This document shows positions 46,521 through 57,057 of a stretch of 64,000 nt of DNA, piece by piece. Position 1 is the stretch's first letter. Every line of letters begins with the position of its first letter. Origin of the DNA: an uncultured Chloroflexia bacterium (lineage in GTDB: Bacteria > Chloroflexota > Limnocylindria > Limnocylindrales > CSP1-4); the NCBI GenBank assembly GCA_963720755.1, contig CAVRGP010000015.1, forward strand, positions 256,001 to 320,000, in the 5' to 3' direction. Position numbers and translations under genes: made by a program. The notes beneath the pieces were generated by a model, which saw nothing but the letters and a program-made list of their open reading frames with translations, made no database searches and had not been told where the DNA came from.

Positions 46521-47600
46521 ATGTCCGACCTGACCCACGATGCCGTGATCGAAGCGATGCGCACGGTCCAGGAACCCGAACTCGGCCGCGATCTCGTCGC
46601 GCTCGACATGGTCAAGGACGTGGTCATCGATGGTTCGACCCTGTCGATGAAGATCGAGCTCACGACGCCGGCCTGTCCGCTCAAGGATGAGATCGAACGG
46701 ACGACGAACGAGGCCCTCGGTGCGATCGGTGCGACCAAGGTCGAGATCACCTGGGGGGCGATGGTCCGCCGGGCGCAGCCGCGACAGGCCGAACAGCTCG
46801 TCCCGGGTGTCAAGAACATCATCGCGGTCGCATCCGGCAAGGGCGGGGTCGGCAAGAGCACGGTCAGCGTCAACCTCGCCGTGGCCCTCGCGCAAGCGGG
46901 CGCCTCCGTCGGTCTCCTCGACGCCGACATCACCGGTCCGAACATCCCGCTCATGCTCGGGCTCGAAGGGCAGCCGAAGGCGAGCGCGAACAACAAGATC
47001 ACCCCGCTCGAGCGCCACGGGGTGAAGGCGATCTCGATCCAGTTCTTCGTTCCGGAAGGCCAGCCGATCGTCTGGCGAGGGCCCCTGGTCGGCGGCGCGA
47101 TCCAGCAATTCCTTCGAGACGTCGACTGGGGAGACCTGGACTACCTGGTCATCGACCTGCCGCCCGGCACGTCCGACGCGCAGCTGACCCTGGCCCAGGC
47201 GGTACCGATCTCCGGTGCGGTCCTCGTGACCACACCCCAGGCCGTCGCGCTGGCAGACGTGGGCAAAGCCCTCGCCATGTTCAACCGGATGAGCGTGCCC
47301 ATCATCGGTCTGGTCGAGAACATGACGTCCTTCGCCTGTCCTCATTGTGGCGAACTGACCGAGATCTTCGGCCGCGGCGGTGGCGAGCGCTTCGCGACCG
47401 AACACGGTCTGGAATACCTGGGCGGCATCCCGCTCGACGTCACCGTCCGCCAGGGTGGCGACGTTGGCGTCCCAGCGGTCGCCCAACGCGAACCGGGGCC
47501 GGCCGGACAGGCCATGACCGCCATCGCCAGCCTCGTGGCAGCCCGGATGAGCGTCCGCGCGGCCCAGGGCGCGACCGCGCCGGTGCTGACGATCTCCTAG
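46521..47600 (+). CDS. mrp: Mrp/NBP35 (ApbC) Fe-S cluster carrier ATPase
   Basis: ELTTPACP N-domain, GKGGVGKST, DADITGP, WRGP, DLPPGT, ENM..F.CPHC. Confidence 0.93.
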   Translation: MSDLTHDAVIEAMRTVQEPELGRDLVALDMVKDVVIDGSTLSMKIELTTPACPLKDEIERTTNEALGAIGATKVEITWGAMVRRAQPRQAEQLVPGVKNIIAVASGKGGVGKSTVSVNLAVALAQAGASVGLLDADITGPNIPLMLGLEGQPKASANNKITPLERHGVKAISIQFFVPEGQPIVWRGPLVGGAIQQFLRDVDWGDLDYLVIDLPPGTSDAQLTLAQAVPISGAVLVTTPQAVALADVGKALAMFNRMSVPIIGLVENMTSFACPHCGELTEIFGRGGGERFATEHGLEYLGGIPLDVTVRQGGDVGVPAVAQREPGPAGQAMTAIASLVAARMSVRAAQGATAPVLTIS

Positions 47601-48862
47601 GCAGGAGAGCTCGGGTCCCGCTCTCCCGACCCGGCGACCCGCGGCAGTGTGTCGAGCAGGACCGCCGCGGCGGCGAGGGCCGCCCGCGACCGACCGATCG
47701 GCCCCGACAGAAAGACGTCTCGCCGCACCTCTCGTCGGTCGTCCGGCGTGACGACGGCGATCGAGACGGTCAGATCGCCCGCTCGAACAAGGGCTCGCAC
47801 CGCAAGGCCCACGTCGCTTCGCATGCGCCGGCGCACCCGTTCTGCCGCGGCGATCAGGTCGGACCGACCGCTCCGAACCCCCTCTGCGTCGCTCCCGTCG
47901 ACCGTCTCGCCCGTGGGATCCGGGTCGGACGCGATCGACTCTGCGAGGTGAAGCCGGCCGACATCGGCCAGTAGTCCACCCACGCTTCCGCCGGTTCCGA
48001 TCTCGACCAGGGCCAGACTCCACCCGAGTTCGTCGAGGCGGGCGCCGATGGCCTGGGCCCAGGTCGTCTCCCCGGTCGCCCAGACGTACGTTCCGACGCG
48101 TTCCTGGACGATCGCGGCGATCTCCTCGACCAGGGACTCCGCCGTTCGTCCATCGCGACCGACGGCCGAGATCCGGACGTCGACGGCCTCGGCCCGGGCA
48201 TACGTGGCGACGATCGGATCGGTCGAGCGAAGCAGCGGTTCGCCCAGGCGTTCAGCGACCTGCGACTCGCCGATCCCGGTCAGCCGGTAGGTCCGCGCCA
48301 CGACGTCCGCACCGAGGCCGATCGCCCCCAACCGCGGGAGCGCCTCGTCCGCCCACATCGGGCGCATCTCGCGCGGGGGCCCCGGCAGTGCGACCGCAAC
48401 CCGACCGTCCGCGCGTGTCACCAGCCACCCGGGTGCCGTCCCGTTCGGGTTTGCCAGGGCGACGGCCGACGGGATCAGCCAGGCCTGCTTGAGATTCATC
48501 TCAGGAAGGGCCATGCCTCGCCGGGCCCAGAGGTCCCGCAACCAGGCTTCGAGAGCCGGGTCGGTGACCGGTGTCTCCCCCCAGACGTCGGCGATGGCCT
48601 CGCGAGTCAGGTCGTCGGGGGTCGGTCCAAGTCCGCCCGTTGAGACGACGAGGTCGACCCGATCGAGTGCGCTGCGGAGTGCTGCGGCGACCGTCGCTCG
48701 ATCGTCCGGCAGCGCGGTGATCCGAGTGACACGGACGCCGGCCGCGGTCAGCGATCGCGCCAGCTCCCCACTATTCGTGTCGCGGGTGTCGCCGACGGTA
48801 AGTTCGGTGCCGATGCTGAGCAGTTCGGCCACGATGAGCTGTCGAGGCGGTCGATCCATCAC
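47597..48862 (-). CDS. cinA: CinA-like protein (intact MoCF-like N-domain, degenerate PncC domain)
   Basis: IGTELTVGDTRDTN, TGGLGPTPDDLT, NGTAPG, LPGPPREM; C-domain reads VEIGTGG. Confidence 0.85.
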   Translation of the reverse strand: MMDRPPRQLIVAELLSIGTELTVGDTRDTNSGELARSLTAAGVRVTRITALPDDRATVAAALRSALDRVDLVVSTGGLGPTPDDLTREAIADVWGETPVTDPALEAWLRDLWARRGMALPEMNLKQAWLIPSAVALANPNGTAPGWLVTRADGRVAVALPGPPREMRPMWADEALPRLGAIGLGADVVARTYRLTGIGESQVAERLGEPLLRSTDPIVATYARAEAVDVRISAVGRDGRTAESLVEEIAAIVQERVGTYVWATGETTWAQAIGARLDELGWSLALVEIGTGGSVGGLLADVGRLHLAESIASDPDPTGETVDGSDAEGVRSGRSDLIAAAERVRRRMRSDVGLAVRALVRAGDLTVSIAVVTPDDRREVRRDVFLSGPIGRSRAALAAAAVLLDTLPRVAGSGERDPSSPA

Positions 48863-49146
48863 CTGCCAGCCTAGCGCGCCGCGCCTCGGACGGCCGGGGC
48901 CTGGCCGATCGTCGCTGCTATCATCGGGCGGACGCGCCGCTTGCCCTATTCGGAGTCACTGCCCTGGACGATCCGACGGCCACCCCACCGCCGCCACCCG
49001 ATCCCGCACCGGCCGGGGGTCGTGGTGCGCCCGGTACGGACTCGGGCGGCAAATCCGGGGCGACCGGCGGATCCGAAGGCAAACGCCGTCCGGGCCAGCG
49101 TCCGCCGGGCCTCGGCGCTCAGATCGGTGCCACCCGCGAGGCCCTG

Positions 49147-49899
49147 GTGGCGCTGGTGGTTGCCCACATCGACCTGGCGAAGGCGGAGGCCGGGGCGATC
49201 GCTGGCGAAGTCGGTCGGGTCGCGGCACTCGCCGCGCTGGCGCTCTTGTTCGTCATCTTCGCGGTCTTCCTCGCGGTCATCGGCATCTCCCTGTCGATCG
49301 GACAGGTCGTCCTGGGGTCGATGGGTTGGGGCGTCATCCACGGCGTCCTGATGTTCATCGATATCGCCGTGGCGGCCGTCCTGGTGGCCATCGGCGTCGC
49401 GGCCGGCCGGATCGGTCGGGCATTGCTGGTGGCGATCGTGGTCGGGGCCGTTGTCGGGATCGTTCTCGGCTTGAACCTGCCGAACCAGCTCTACACCTCG
49501 ATCGGCGAGTCGTTGAAACTCGCGGTCGACCCGGGCAATCTGCCGCTGGCCGTGGGGACGGCGATCGGCGGGCTCGTCGGCCTGCTCGCTGGTGTCATCG
49601 TCGCCATCCGGATGACCGGATCGGCGGGCGGCAGGATCGGAGTGGCCGTCCTGCTGACCCTCCTCGGCGCGGCGGTCGGGGCGTTCACGGCCATCACCTT
49701 CGGACCGCAGGTCGGGGCGGGGATCGGGATCACCGTCGGCTACCTCACCTGGATGGTCCTCATGGCCATCGACGTGTATCGCACCGGGATCGACACCGAG
49801 GCGTTGCGACTCCGGTTCTACCCCACGCAGACCATCGATACCAGCAAGGAGACGCTCGAGTGGCTACAGAAACGGATGCCGCCCGGGATCGGGTCCTAG
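49147..49899 (+). CDS. DUF1469/phage-holin-family-like membrane protein (start may be CTG 48964)
   Basis: HIDLAKAE followed by several TM segments, P.QTIDTSKETLEW tail. Confidence 0.7.
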   Translation: MALVVAHIDLAKAEAGAIAGEVGRVAALAALALLFVIFAVFLAVIGISLSIGQVVLGSMGWGVIHGVLMFIDIAVAAVLVAIGVAAGRIGRALLVAIVVGAVVGIVLGLNLPNQLYTSIGESLKLAVDPGNLPLAVGTAIGGLVGLLAGVIVAIRMTGSAGGRIGVAVLLTLLGAAVGAFTAITFGPQVGAGIGITVGYLTWMVLMAIDVYRTGIDTEALRLRFYPTQTIDTSKETLEWLQKRMPPGIGS

Positions 49900-50441
49900 C
49901 GGCTCGAGCCACGCTCGGCGACGAACTGGACACGCTCGAGGCGTCTGCTCGAGCGGCAGTCGACATACCGGCCAAGATCCGGAGGAGCCCCGCCAAGGCG
50001 GCAGCCGTGGCGGGTGGCACCGCCTTTGTCGTGCTGCGCGGCCCACAGCGCGTCTTCCGCGCGGGCAAGCGGGCCGTCTTCGGCGCGCCGGATCCACTCC
50101 CCGAATCGATGCTTCCCGACGATGTGGAGCGGGCGATCCGCGCACTCGGCGACGATGGGGCCAAGGTTCGGGGTGCCCTGGAACGAGATTTCGCGGCATA
50201 TGCGAAACAGGCGAGCCGGGATCGCGCCGGGCTGCGCAACCTGCTCCTGCTGTCGGTCGCCCGGCCGATGTTGCAGAGTGCTGCGAAGTTCGGTGGAAAG
50301 TGGCTGTTCAGGACAGACGACGAAGGGTTCCAGGCACGCTTGGAGCAGATCCGCGAGCGAGCGGGTCAGATGGGACCGTCCGGTTCCCCGAAGCCGACTG
50401 AACCCGACACCGTCCCGGGCGAGGGCACCGCGCTAGACTGA
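49860..50441 (+). CDS. DUF3618-like protein
   Basis: AAGGAG SD, GTG start, AR..L.DELDTL helix followed by a hydrophobic stretch; usual partner of the DUF1469 gene. Confidence 0.65.
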   Translation: MATETDAARDRVLAARATLGDELDTLEASARAAVDIPAKIRRSPAKAAAVAGGTAFVVLRGPQRVFRAGKRAVFGAPDPLPESMLPDDVERAIRALGDDGAKVRGALERDFAAYAKQASRDRAGLRNLLLLSVARPMLQSAAKFGGKWLFRTDDEGFQARLEQIRERAGQMGPSGSPKPTEPDTVPGEGTALD

Positions 50442-50446
50442 CCGAC

Positions 50447-50534
50447 GGGCGAGTGGCGGAATGGCAGACGCGCCGGCCTTAGGAGCCGGTGCCGCGTGAG
50501 CGGCGTGGAGGTTCGACCCCTCTCTCGCCTACCA
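50447..50534 (+). tRNA. tRNA-Leu(TAG)
   Basis: Acceptor stem GGGCGAG/CTCGCCT plus A-CCA; D-arm TGGCGGAATGGCAGACGC; anticodon arm CCGGC-CTTAGGA-GCCGG; long variable arm; GGTTCGACCC; TAGACT -10 upstream. Confidence 0.96.
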
Positions 50535-50623
50535 GTAACGTCGTGGCCATCTCAACACCTTGGTGGGCCGCGCCAAGTGGCGGCCGGGCCCGCACCGGGC
50601 TCCCGCCCTATACTTCGCGGGCG

Positions 50624-52048
50624 ATGCAGATCACCCGGACCCCAGGTCCCAATTCCACCGTCCTGCTCGAGATCGAGCTTCCCCCCGACCGGTTGGCCCG
50701 CGCGACAGACGATGCCGTGCGCCGGTTGTCGCGTCGGACCCGGGTGCCCGGGTTCCGGCCTGGCAAGGCCCCTCGGCCCGTCCTTGAGCGCCACCTCGGC
50801 CCGGGCGTCGTGCTCGATGAGGCAGTCGAGCACCTGGTCCAGGATGCCTACCGCGACGCCCTCGTCGAGGAGGACATCCTGCCGCTCACCAATGCTGACG
50901 TGGAGGTCGTCCAGGCCGAGGAGGGCGAGCCGCTCATCTTCAAGGCCACCGTCCAGGTCCGCCCGGACGTCGCGCTCGGCGACTACAAGCACTTCAACTT
51001 CGAGCCGGAGATCGACGTCATCGACGACGCCCGGGTGGATACGGTCCTCGAAGAGCTGCGCGATCAGAACGCGACCCTGGCCGCGGTCGAGGGCCGCGGC
51101 GCACAGGACGGCGATTATGCGGTCATCTCATTCGTCGGGACCCGCGACGGCCAGCCCTTCGAGGGTGGGACCTCGGAGCGGATGCCGCTGATCCTCGGTC
51201 AGGAACGCCTCATCCCCGGATTCGAGGCCAACCTGATCGGCCTCGAGGTCGGCGGTTCGACGGAGTTCGACATCACCTTCCCGGACGACTACCCGGAGGC
51301 CGAACTGGCCGGCAAGCCGGCCCACTTCGAGGTCGTGATCCGGGAACTGCGGGAGAAGATCCTGCCGGAACTGGATGACGATTTCGTCGGGACGCTGGGC
51401 GACTTCAGCGACCTCGCCGCACTTCGGGCGGATATCAAGATCCGCCTGGAACGTAACGCCGTGGATCGCGCTCGCCACGAGTTCGCGGACAAGATCATCG
51501 ACTACGCGGCCGCCAACGCGACCCTGGAGCTGCCGGAGATCCTCGTCGACCAGGAAGTCGAGGTCATGCACGACGAGTTCCGGGCGACCATCGCCCGGCA
51601 GGGGATCGCCGAAGAGGCCTATCTCAAGGCGGTCGACAAGACCGATACGGATCTCCACGCCGAGTTCCGGCCCGGCGCCGAGAAGCGGGTGCGGACCCTC
51701 CTCGTCCTGTCCAAGGTGGCCGAAACCGAGGGGGTGGTCGTCCCCGACGAAGACGTCGACGCCGAGGTCGCCCGGGGTCGCGAGCGCTACTCGGAGGATC
51801 AGCGCCTGCTCGCCTACTTCGACTCCGAACGGGGTCGTGCCTACATTCGCAGCACCCTCCGGCGAACGCGGGTCGTCGAGGGCCTCATCGATGAGTGGCT
51901 GGCCGATCACCCCGACCATGCCCCAATGCCGCATCTCGAGGATGCACCGGGCTCGGCGATCGATGACGGCCAGGCCTCGGCCAACGCGGCGGTGGATGCG
52001 ACCGATCCCGGCACCGTCATCGACGACGTCCCGACGCCAGCCGGCTGA
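50624..52048 (+). CDS. tig: Trigger factor
   Basis: [25 protein letters not shown]; precedes clpP-clpX. Confidence 0.95.
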   Translation: MQITRTPGPNSTVLLEIELPPDRLARATDDAVRRLSRRTRVPGFRPGKAPRPVLERHLGPGVVLDEAVEHLVQDAYRDALVEEDILPLTNADVEVVQAEEGEPLIFKATVQVRPDVALGDYKHFNFEPEIDVIDDARVDTVLEELRDQNATLAAVEGRGAQDGDYAVISFVGTRDGQPFEGGTSERMPLILGQERLIPGFEANLIGLEVGGSTEFDITFPDDYPEAELAGKPAHFEVVIRELREKILPELDDDFVGTLGDFSDLAALRADIKIRLERNAVDRARHEFADKIIDYAAANATLELPEILVDQEVEVMHDEFRATIARQGIAEEAYLKAVDKTDTDLHAEFRPGAEKRVRTLLVLSKVAETEGVVVPDEDVDAEVARGRERYSEDQRLLAYFDSERGRAYIRSTLRRTRVVEGLIDEWLADHPDHAPMPHLEDAPGSAIDDGQASANAAVDATDPGTVIDDVPTPAG

Positions 52049-52086
52049 CCACCCGATCCGTGCCATTTGAACCAGGGAGTCCCAAG

Positions 52087-52779
52087 ATGCTCGTCCCCAT
52101 GGTCATCGAAACCTCGAGTCGAGGCGAGCGCGCCTACGACATCTACTCTCGCCTGTTGCGTGAGCGAATCATCTTCCTGGGCGACGCCATCGAGGACCAT
52201 CTCGCCAACCTCGTCATCGCCCAGCTTTTGTTCCTCGAATCCGAGGACCCGGAGAAGGACATCAGCCTGTACATCAATTCGCCCGGCGGTCAGGTCACCT
52301 CGGGCCTCGCCATCTACGACACGATGCAATACCTGCGGGCCCCGGTCAGCACGATCTGCATCGGCATGGCGGCATCGATGGCGGCCGTCCTGCTCGCGGC
52401 CGGCGCGAATGGCAAGCGCTACGCCCTGCCCAACAGCCGGATCATGATCCACCAGGGCTCGGGCGGCTTCCGCGGTAACGCGGCCGATGCGGTCATCCAG
52501 ATGAAGGAGTGGGAGTACCTGGTCCAGCGCAACCACGAGATCCTGGCACGTCACACGGGCCAGACGATCGAGACGATCGTCAGGGATACGGAACGCGACA
52601 ACTTCATGAGCCCCGAGCGGGCCAAGGACTATGGCATCATCGACGCTGTCTACGCGGTCGAGAGCAGTTCGTTGATCGCGCAGGCGCATGACGCCGCCAT
52701 CGGCGGCGGTCGGGGTTCGAAGGCGGCCGAGGATCCGACGGAGTCGACCGAGGCACCCAAGAAGAGCAAGGACCAGTAG
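52087..52779 (+). CDS. clpP: ATP-dependent Clp protease proteolytic subunit
   Basis: [33 protein letters not shown]. Confidence 0.97.
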   Translation: MLVPMVIETSSRGERAYDIYSRLLRERIIFLGDAIEDHLANLVIAQLLFLESEDPEKDISLYINSPGGQVTSGLAIYDTMQYLRAPVSTICIGMAASMAAVLLAAGANGKRYALPNSRIMIHQGSGGFRGNAADAVIQMKEWEYLVQRNHEILARHTGQTIETIVRDTERDNFMSPERAKDYGIIDAVYAVESSSLIAQAHDAAIGGGRGSKAAEDPTESTEAPKKSKDQ

Positions 52780-52798
52780 CGGCCGGGGACATGCGATC

Positions 52799-54112
52799 GT
52801 GACGACGTCGGGCAGCAGCACCAAGGGACCCAAGGTCCCGTATCGGTGCTCGTTCTGTGGGAAGAGCCAGGAGCAGGTTCGCAAGCTCATCGCGGGGCAG
52901 GGCGTCTACATCTGCGACGAGTGCATCAACCTGTGCCAGGAGATCATCGAGGAGGAACTCCTCGAGACACCCAAGCCGAAGCCATCCAGCACCAAGCTGC
53001 CCAACCCGCACCAGATCAAGGACGCGCTGGACCAGTACGTCATCAGCCAGGAACGGGCCAAGAAGGTCCTGTCGGTCGCTGTCTACAACCACTACAAGCG
53101 GGTCAATGCCGGCCACCAGATCGATGAGGTCGAACTCCAGAAGTCGAACGTCCTGCTGGTCGGGCCGACCGGCTCGGGCAAGACCCTCCTGGCCCAGACC
53201 CTCGCCAGGGTCCTGGATGTGCCGTTCTGCATCGCAGACGCGACCTCACTGACCGAGGCGGGCTACGTCGGCGAGGACGTCGAGAACATCCTCCTCCGAC
53301 TCATCCAGGCGGCCGATTTCGATGTCGCCCGCGCCCAGCGCGGGATCATCTATATCGACGAGATCGACAAGATCGCCCGCAAGGCCGACAACCCGTCGAT
53401 CACCCGCGATGTCTCGGGCGAAGGTGTCCAGCAGGCTCTGCTCAAGATCCTCGAGGGCACGGTCGCGAACGTCCCGCCGCAGGGAGGACGGAAGCACCCA
53501 CACCAGGACTTCATCCAGATCGACACGACCAACGTCCTGTTCATCTGCGGCGGAGCATTCGATGGACTCGAGCGGATCATCGAGGAGCGGGTCGGCAAGC
53601 GCTCCATCGGGTTCGGTGCGGAATCGGTGATGACCGCGGTCGAGCGGGGCCGCCTGCTCGAGCGGCTCATGCCCGAGGATCTGCTCAAGTTCGGCCTGAT
53701 CCCCGAATTCATCGGTCGGCTGCCGGTCATGGTCACGCTGTCCGCGCTGTCGGCAGACGATCTGGTTCGAGTCCTGACCGAGCCAAAGAACGCGGTGACC
53801 CGTCAGTTCGAGAAGTTCCTGTCCCTCGACAAGGTGGAACTCGTGTTCACTCCGGGTGCGCTCCGGGCTGCGGCAGAGGTCGCGCTCGATCGGAAGACCG
53901 GAGCCCGGGCCCTGCGGTCGATCGTCGAGGAAGCGCTCCTGGAAGTCATGTACGACATCCCGGACCGGTCCGACGTTCGCAAGTGCATCATCACCGAGGA
54001 AACCATCCGGGCCGGTCGGTTGCCACTCCTGTTGACGAAGACGGACGTCGACAAGGGCGTCGACGAGACGAACTACGAGGAGTTGTTGGCGGAGCGCGGC
54101 GCGAGCGCGTAG
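52799..54112 (+). CDS. clpX: ATP-dependent Clp protease ATP-binding subunit
   Basis: CSFCGK/CDEC zinc finger, [22 protein letters not shown] loop. Confidence 0.97.
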   Translation: MTTSGSSTKGPKVPYRCSFCGKSQEQVRKLIAGQGVYICDECINLCQEIIEEELLETPKPKPSSTKLPNPHQIKDALDQYVISQERAKKVLSVAVYNHYKRVNAGHQIDEVELQKSNVLLVGPTGSGKTLLAQTLARVLDVPFCIADATSLTEAGYVGEDVENILLRLIQAADFDVARAQRGIIYIDEIDKIARKADNPSITRDVSGEGVQQALLKILEGTVANVPPQGGRKHPHQDFIQIDTTNVLFICGGAFDGLERIIEERVGKRSIGFGAESVMTAVERGRLLERLMPEDLLKFGLIPEFIGRLPVMVTLSALSADDLVRVLTEPKNAVTRQFEKFLSLDKVELVFTPGALRAAAEVALDRKTGARALRSIVEEALLEVMYDIPDRSDVRKCIITEETIRAGRLPLLLTKTDVDKGVDETNYEELLAERGASA

Positions 54113-54200
54113 ACTCCGACAGCTGACCGAGCAGGTTCAGGCGACCGCGGTCGGCATTGCCGGGTCCGATTCGACGGGGAGGAACGCCCAAGCCCACAGG

Positions 54201-55352
54201 CTAGGCGGGCAGGGACGATCCCAGATCCGACGTCGCGGCGTCGTAGACCGAGTCGATCACCATGTCGAGCTGATCCTCGAGTCCAAGCCAGAGCGGCAGC
54301 CGTACAAGTCGTTCGCTGACCGACTCCGTGATCGACAGGTCACTCGCCTGCCGTCCGACCTTGCGGCCGAACGGTGCGGAGTGCAGCGGCACGTAATGGA
54401 AGACTGCCTGGATGCCCAGTGTCCGGAGCCGCTCGATGAACGCAGTCCGCGCATCGAGACTCGGCAGCAACAGGTGATACAGATGTCCGTTCGGGACACG
54501 ATCGGGCAGGACGACCGGCCGGCGGACGAGCCCGGCAGCTTCGAGATCGGCGAAGGCCTGGTGGTACCTTCGCCAGATCGCCAGGCGCCTTGCCGTGATG
54601 GCGTCCCCCTGCTCCATCTGTGCCCACAGAAAGGCGGCCGTGATCTCGCCAGGGAGATACGACGAGCCGAGGTCGACCCAGGTGTACCGGTCAACCTGAC
54701 CTCGGAAGAATTGACTCCGATTGGTGCCTTTCTCCCAAATGATCTCCGCCCGCTCGGCGAACCGCGGGTCGTTGATCAGCAACGCACCTCCCTCGCCTGC
54801 GATGATGTTCTTCGTTTCGTGGAATGAAAGCGCCGCCATGTGACCGAAGCTGCCGAGTGGTCGGTCGTCGATCGCGGCCAGCAATCCCTGCGCCGCATCC
54901 TCGATGACCAACAGGTCGTGTCGACGCGCGATGTCCATGATCGCGTCCATCGCGCATCCGACGCCGGCGTAGTGGACCGGCACGATGGCCTTGGTCCTTG
55001 GCGTGATCGCTTCCTCGATCCGCGTCTCATCGATGTTCAGGGTGTCGGCCCGGATCTCAACGAACACGGGGGTCGCCCCACGTAGCACGAATGCATTGGC
55101 CGTCGAAACGAACGTGAATGACGGCATGATCACCTCATCGCCGACACCGAGGTCGCCGAGGATCGCGGCCATCTCCAGGGCGGCCGTGCACGAGTGGGTC
55201 AGGAGTGCACGATGACTCCCGATCCGGGACTCTAGCCAGCCGCAGCAGCGCTTGGAGAAGGCTCCGTTGCCAGCCAAATGGCCGTTCGCGTGAGCCTCCG
55301 TGATATAGGTCAGTTCGTTACCGGTCAGGAACGGTCGATTGAACGGGATCAC
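54201..55352 (-). CDS. wecE: dTDP-4-amino-4,6-dideoxygalactose transaminase
   Basis: MIPFNRP, SCTAALEMAA, EDAAQG, SFHETKN, EKGTNRSQFFRGQVD, FHYVPLH. Confidence 0.92.
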   Translation of the reverse strand: MIPFNRPFLTGNELTYITEAHANGHLAGNGAFSKRCCGWLESRIGSHRALLTHSCTAALEMAAILGDLGVGDEVIMPSFTFVSTANAFVLRGATPVFVEIRADTLNIDETRIEEAITPRTKAIVPVHYAGVGCAMDAIMDIARRHDLLVIEDAAQGLLAAIDDRPLGSFGHMAALSFHETKNIIAGEGGALLINDPRFAERAEIIWEKGTNRSQFFRGQVDRYTWVDLGSSYLPGEITAAFLWAQMEQGDAITARRLAIWRRYHQAFADLEAAGLVRRPVVLPDRVPNGHLYHLLLPSLDARTAFIERLRTLGIQAVFHYVPLHSAPFGRKVGRQASDLSITESVSERLVRLPLWLGLEDQLDMVIDSVYDAATSDLGSSLPA

Positions 55353-56245
55353 GTCCCGGCTTCCGATCTGGGCCGTGTTCTTGCCACCACGAGCAGCGAA
55401 CCTCCAGCCGGAAACGAGATTCCGAGCTCGATGAGGGACCGCTCCAGGCGCATGACGGACCCGAGCATGGCGTCCGTGACGGGGTGGATGCGTAACTCGT
55501 CCATGACGTCGAATGACGGGTCAAGCCGTCGACGTCGGATGCGGGACCGCGAGATGAATTGCAATGGCAGGAGCAGTGAGACGAACGAGGTCATCCGGAT
55601 CACCTCGAAACCAGCATGCTCCAGTCTGCTTCTGAGTCCCGCCGCCGTGTATCGGCGCACATGGTACGCATGGTCATCCTGCGGACTCCACAGGGCCGGA
55701 TGCTGCGGCACGGTCAGGATGAACCGGCCCTCGGGTCCGAGCGCTGTGCCAACCTCGGCCATCACGTCAACATCGTCCTCGATGTGCTCGAGTACATCGA
55801 ATGCGCCGATCGCGTCGAAGTGGTCACGGAATGGGATCGACCGCGCATCCATCTGATAGAAGTACGCCGACGGAACACGCGATGCCGCGAAGGCCAGCCC
55901 TGCGCTGAAGATCTCGGTCCCCGTGAGCTCGGCATCCGGGTAGGCGGACCGGATGGCGTTGAGGACATAGCCGGTCCCGCAGCCGAGTTCGAGGAAGCGC
56001 GCGAGATCAGGGACCTCGGTTCGCAATGCCCACAGGATCAGCTGATTGCGCGCTCGAAACCAGAAGTTGCGATCCTCCAGGGTGGCCAGGTCCGCGAAAT
56101 ACGAGGCCTTGAACCCGTCGTTGTCCAAAGCCGCCGACGGCGCGAACGCGAGGACCCCGTTCATCACGACGGGCCGCTCACCGCAGTCGGGACAGTCCCA
56201 GTCGTCCGGGCTGGCGGAGGAGCCGCAGACTGGACAACGCTTCAC
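55349..56245 (-). CDS. Class I SAM-dependent methyltransferase with N-terminal CxxC...CxxC
   Basis: CPVC..CPDC, NFWFRARN, LELGCGTG, FDVLEHI, HVRRY. Confidence 0.88.
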   Translation of the reverse strand: MKRCPVCGSSASPDDWDCPDCGERPVVMNGVLAFAPSAALDNDGFKASYFADLATLEDRNFWFRARNQLILWALRTEVPDLARFLELGCGTGYVLNAIRSAYPDAELTGTEIFSAGLAFAASRVPSAYFYQMDARSIPFRDHFDAIGAFDVLEHIEDDVDVMAEVGTALGPEGRFILTVPQHPALWSPQDDHAYHVRRYTAAGLRSRLEHAGFEVIRMTSFVSLLLPLQFISRSRIRRRRLDPSFDVMDELRIHPVTDAMLGSVMRLERSLIELGISFPAGGSLLVVARTRPRSEAGT

Positions 56246-57057
56246 CTGATGACGAGCCGGTGGAAGGTCATCTGCGCGCTGGAGAAGGTGAACCCAAGGC
56301 GAGCGTACAGATTGACCGCGGCGAGGTTGTGAACGGAGATTGTGGTCTCGATCGAGGTCGCACCCTCGGCGGCGTGCCGGCGAAGCATTGTCTGCCACAG
56401 GCTGAGGCCGATGCCCATGCCCTGTCGGGCGGGCGAGATCGCTGTCAGATGCCAGTAGGCAAGGCCATCCGGCCGGGCCTCGACGATGAAGAAGCCGACG
56501 AGTTCGCCGTCGAGTTCGGCCTTGAGGACAGACTGGACGGATCCGTCGAATGCTGACCGGACCCACCGTGCATAGCGGCGTCGACCCAGCTCGGGTGGCA
56601 ATCTCTCGTCGAGTACGAATTGTCCGGTGCGGAACGCCTCGAACGCAACGGCTTCGATCACTGGCAGATCAGCTGCCGTCGCCGCGGCCACCGCGATCGA
56701 GTGGCGTGGCGCCTCGACTAAGCCTGGGTCGTCGCGATGGGGCCGGAACACCATCTCGACGAACCGGAACCCGTGTGCCTCGAGTGCCATGGATTCGACG
56801 AGACGGAGATGGTCGAGGCGAGCCGACACGAACCGGACGTCCCGCTCCGTGCACCATCGGTCGAATGCCTCGAATGCGACCTCGTCCGGAATCGTTCCCG
56901 GTTCGATCTCGGCTCGACTGATCTCCGCGACCGGGAAGCCGAAAGCCGCCGTATCCCACGGCACCAACGAGCACTCGAGGATCGTCCCGCGCGAACCTAT
57001 CGTGGTCGTGGCGACGTCGGTCGGATGTGCCGACGTCGGCGAGGGGGCCTCGGTCAT
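56242..57057 (-). CDS. GNAT acetyltransferase, WecD/RffC-like
   Basis: WDTAAFGFPVA, YARWV, QGMGIG, NLAAVNLYARLGF; same operon as wecE. Confidence 0.75.
   Translation of the reverse strand: MTEAPSPTSAHPTDVATTTIGSRGTILECSLVPWDTAAFGFPVAEISRAEIEPGTIPDEVAFEAFDRWCTERDVRFVSARLDHLRLVESMALEAHGFRFVEMVFRPHRDDPGLVEAPRHSIAVAAATAADLPVIEAVAFEAFRTGQFVLDERLPPELGRRRYARWVRSAFDGSVQSVLKAELDGELVGFFIVEARPDGLAYWHLTAISPARQGMGIGLSLWQTMLRRHAAEGATSIETTISVHNLAAVNLYARLGFTFSSAQMTFHRLVIR

Noticed and set aside
49147-50534. Holin-like gene next to a tRNA, suggesting a prophage or integrative element
   Set aside because: DUF1469/DUF3618-type pairs are ordinary chromosomal genes; no integrase, phage genes or duplicated tRNA 3' end were seen.
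54201-57057. Enterobacterial common antigen locus
   Set aside because: Only wecE and a wecD-like gene are present; there is no wecA/B/C/F/G, wzxE or wzyE.
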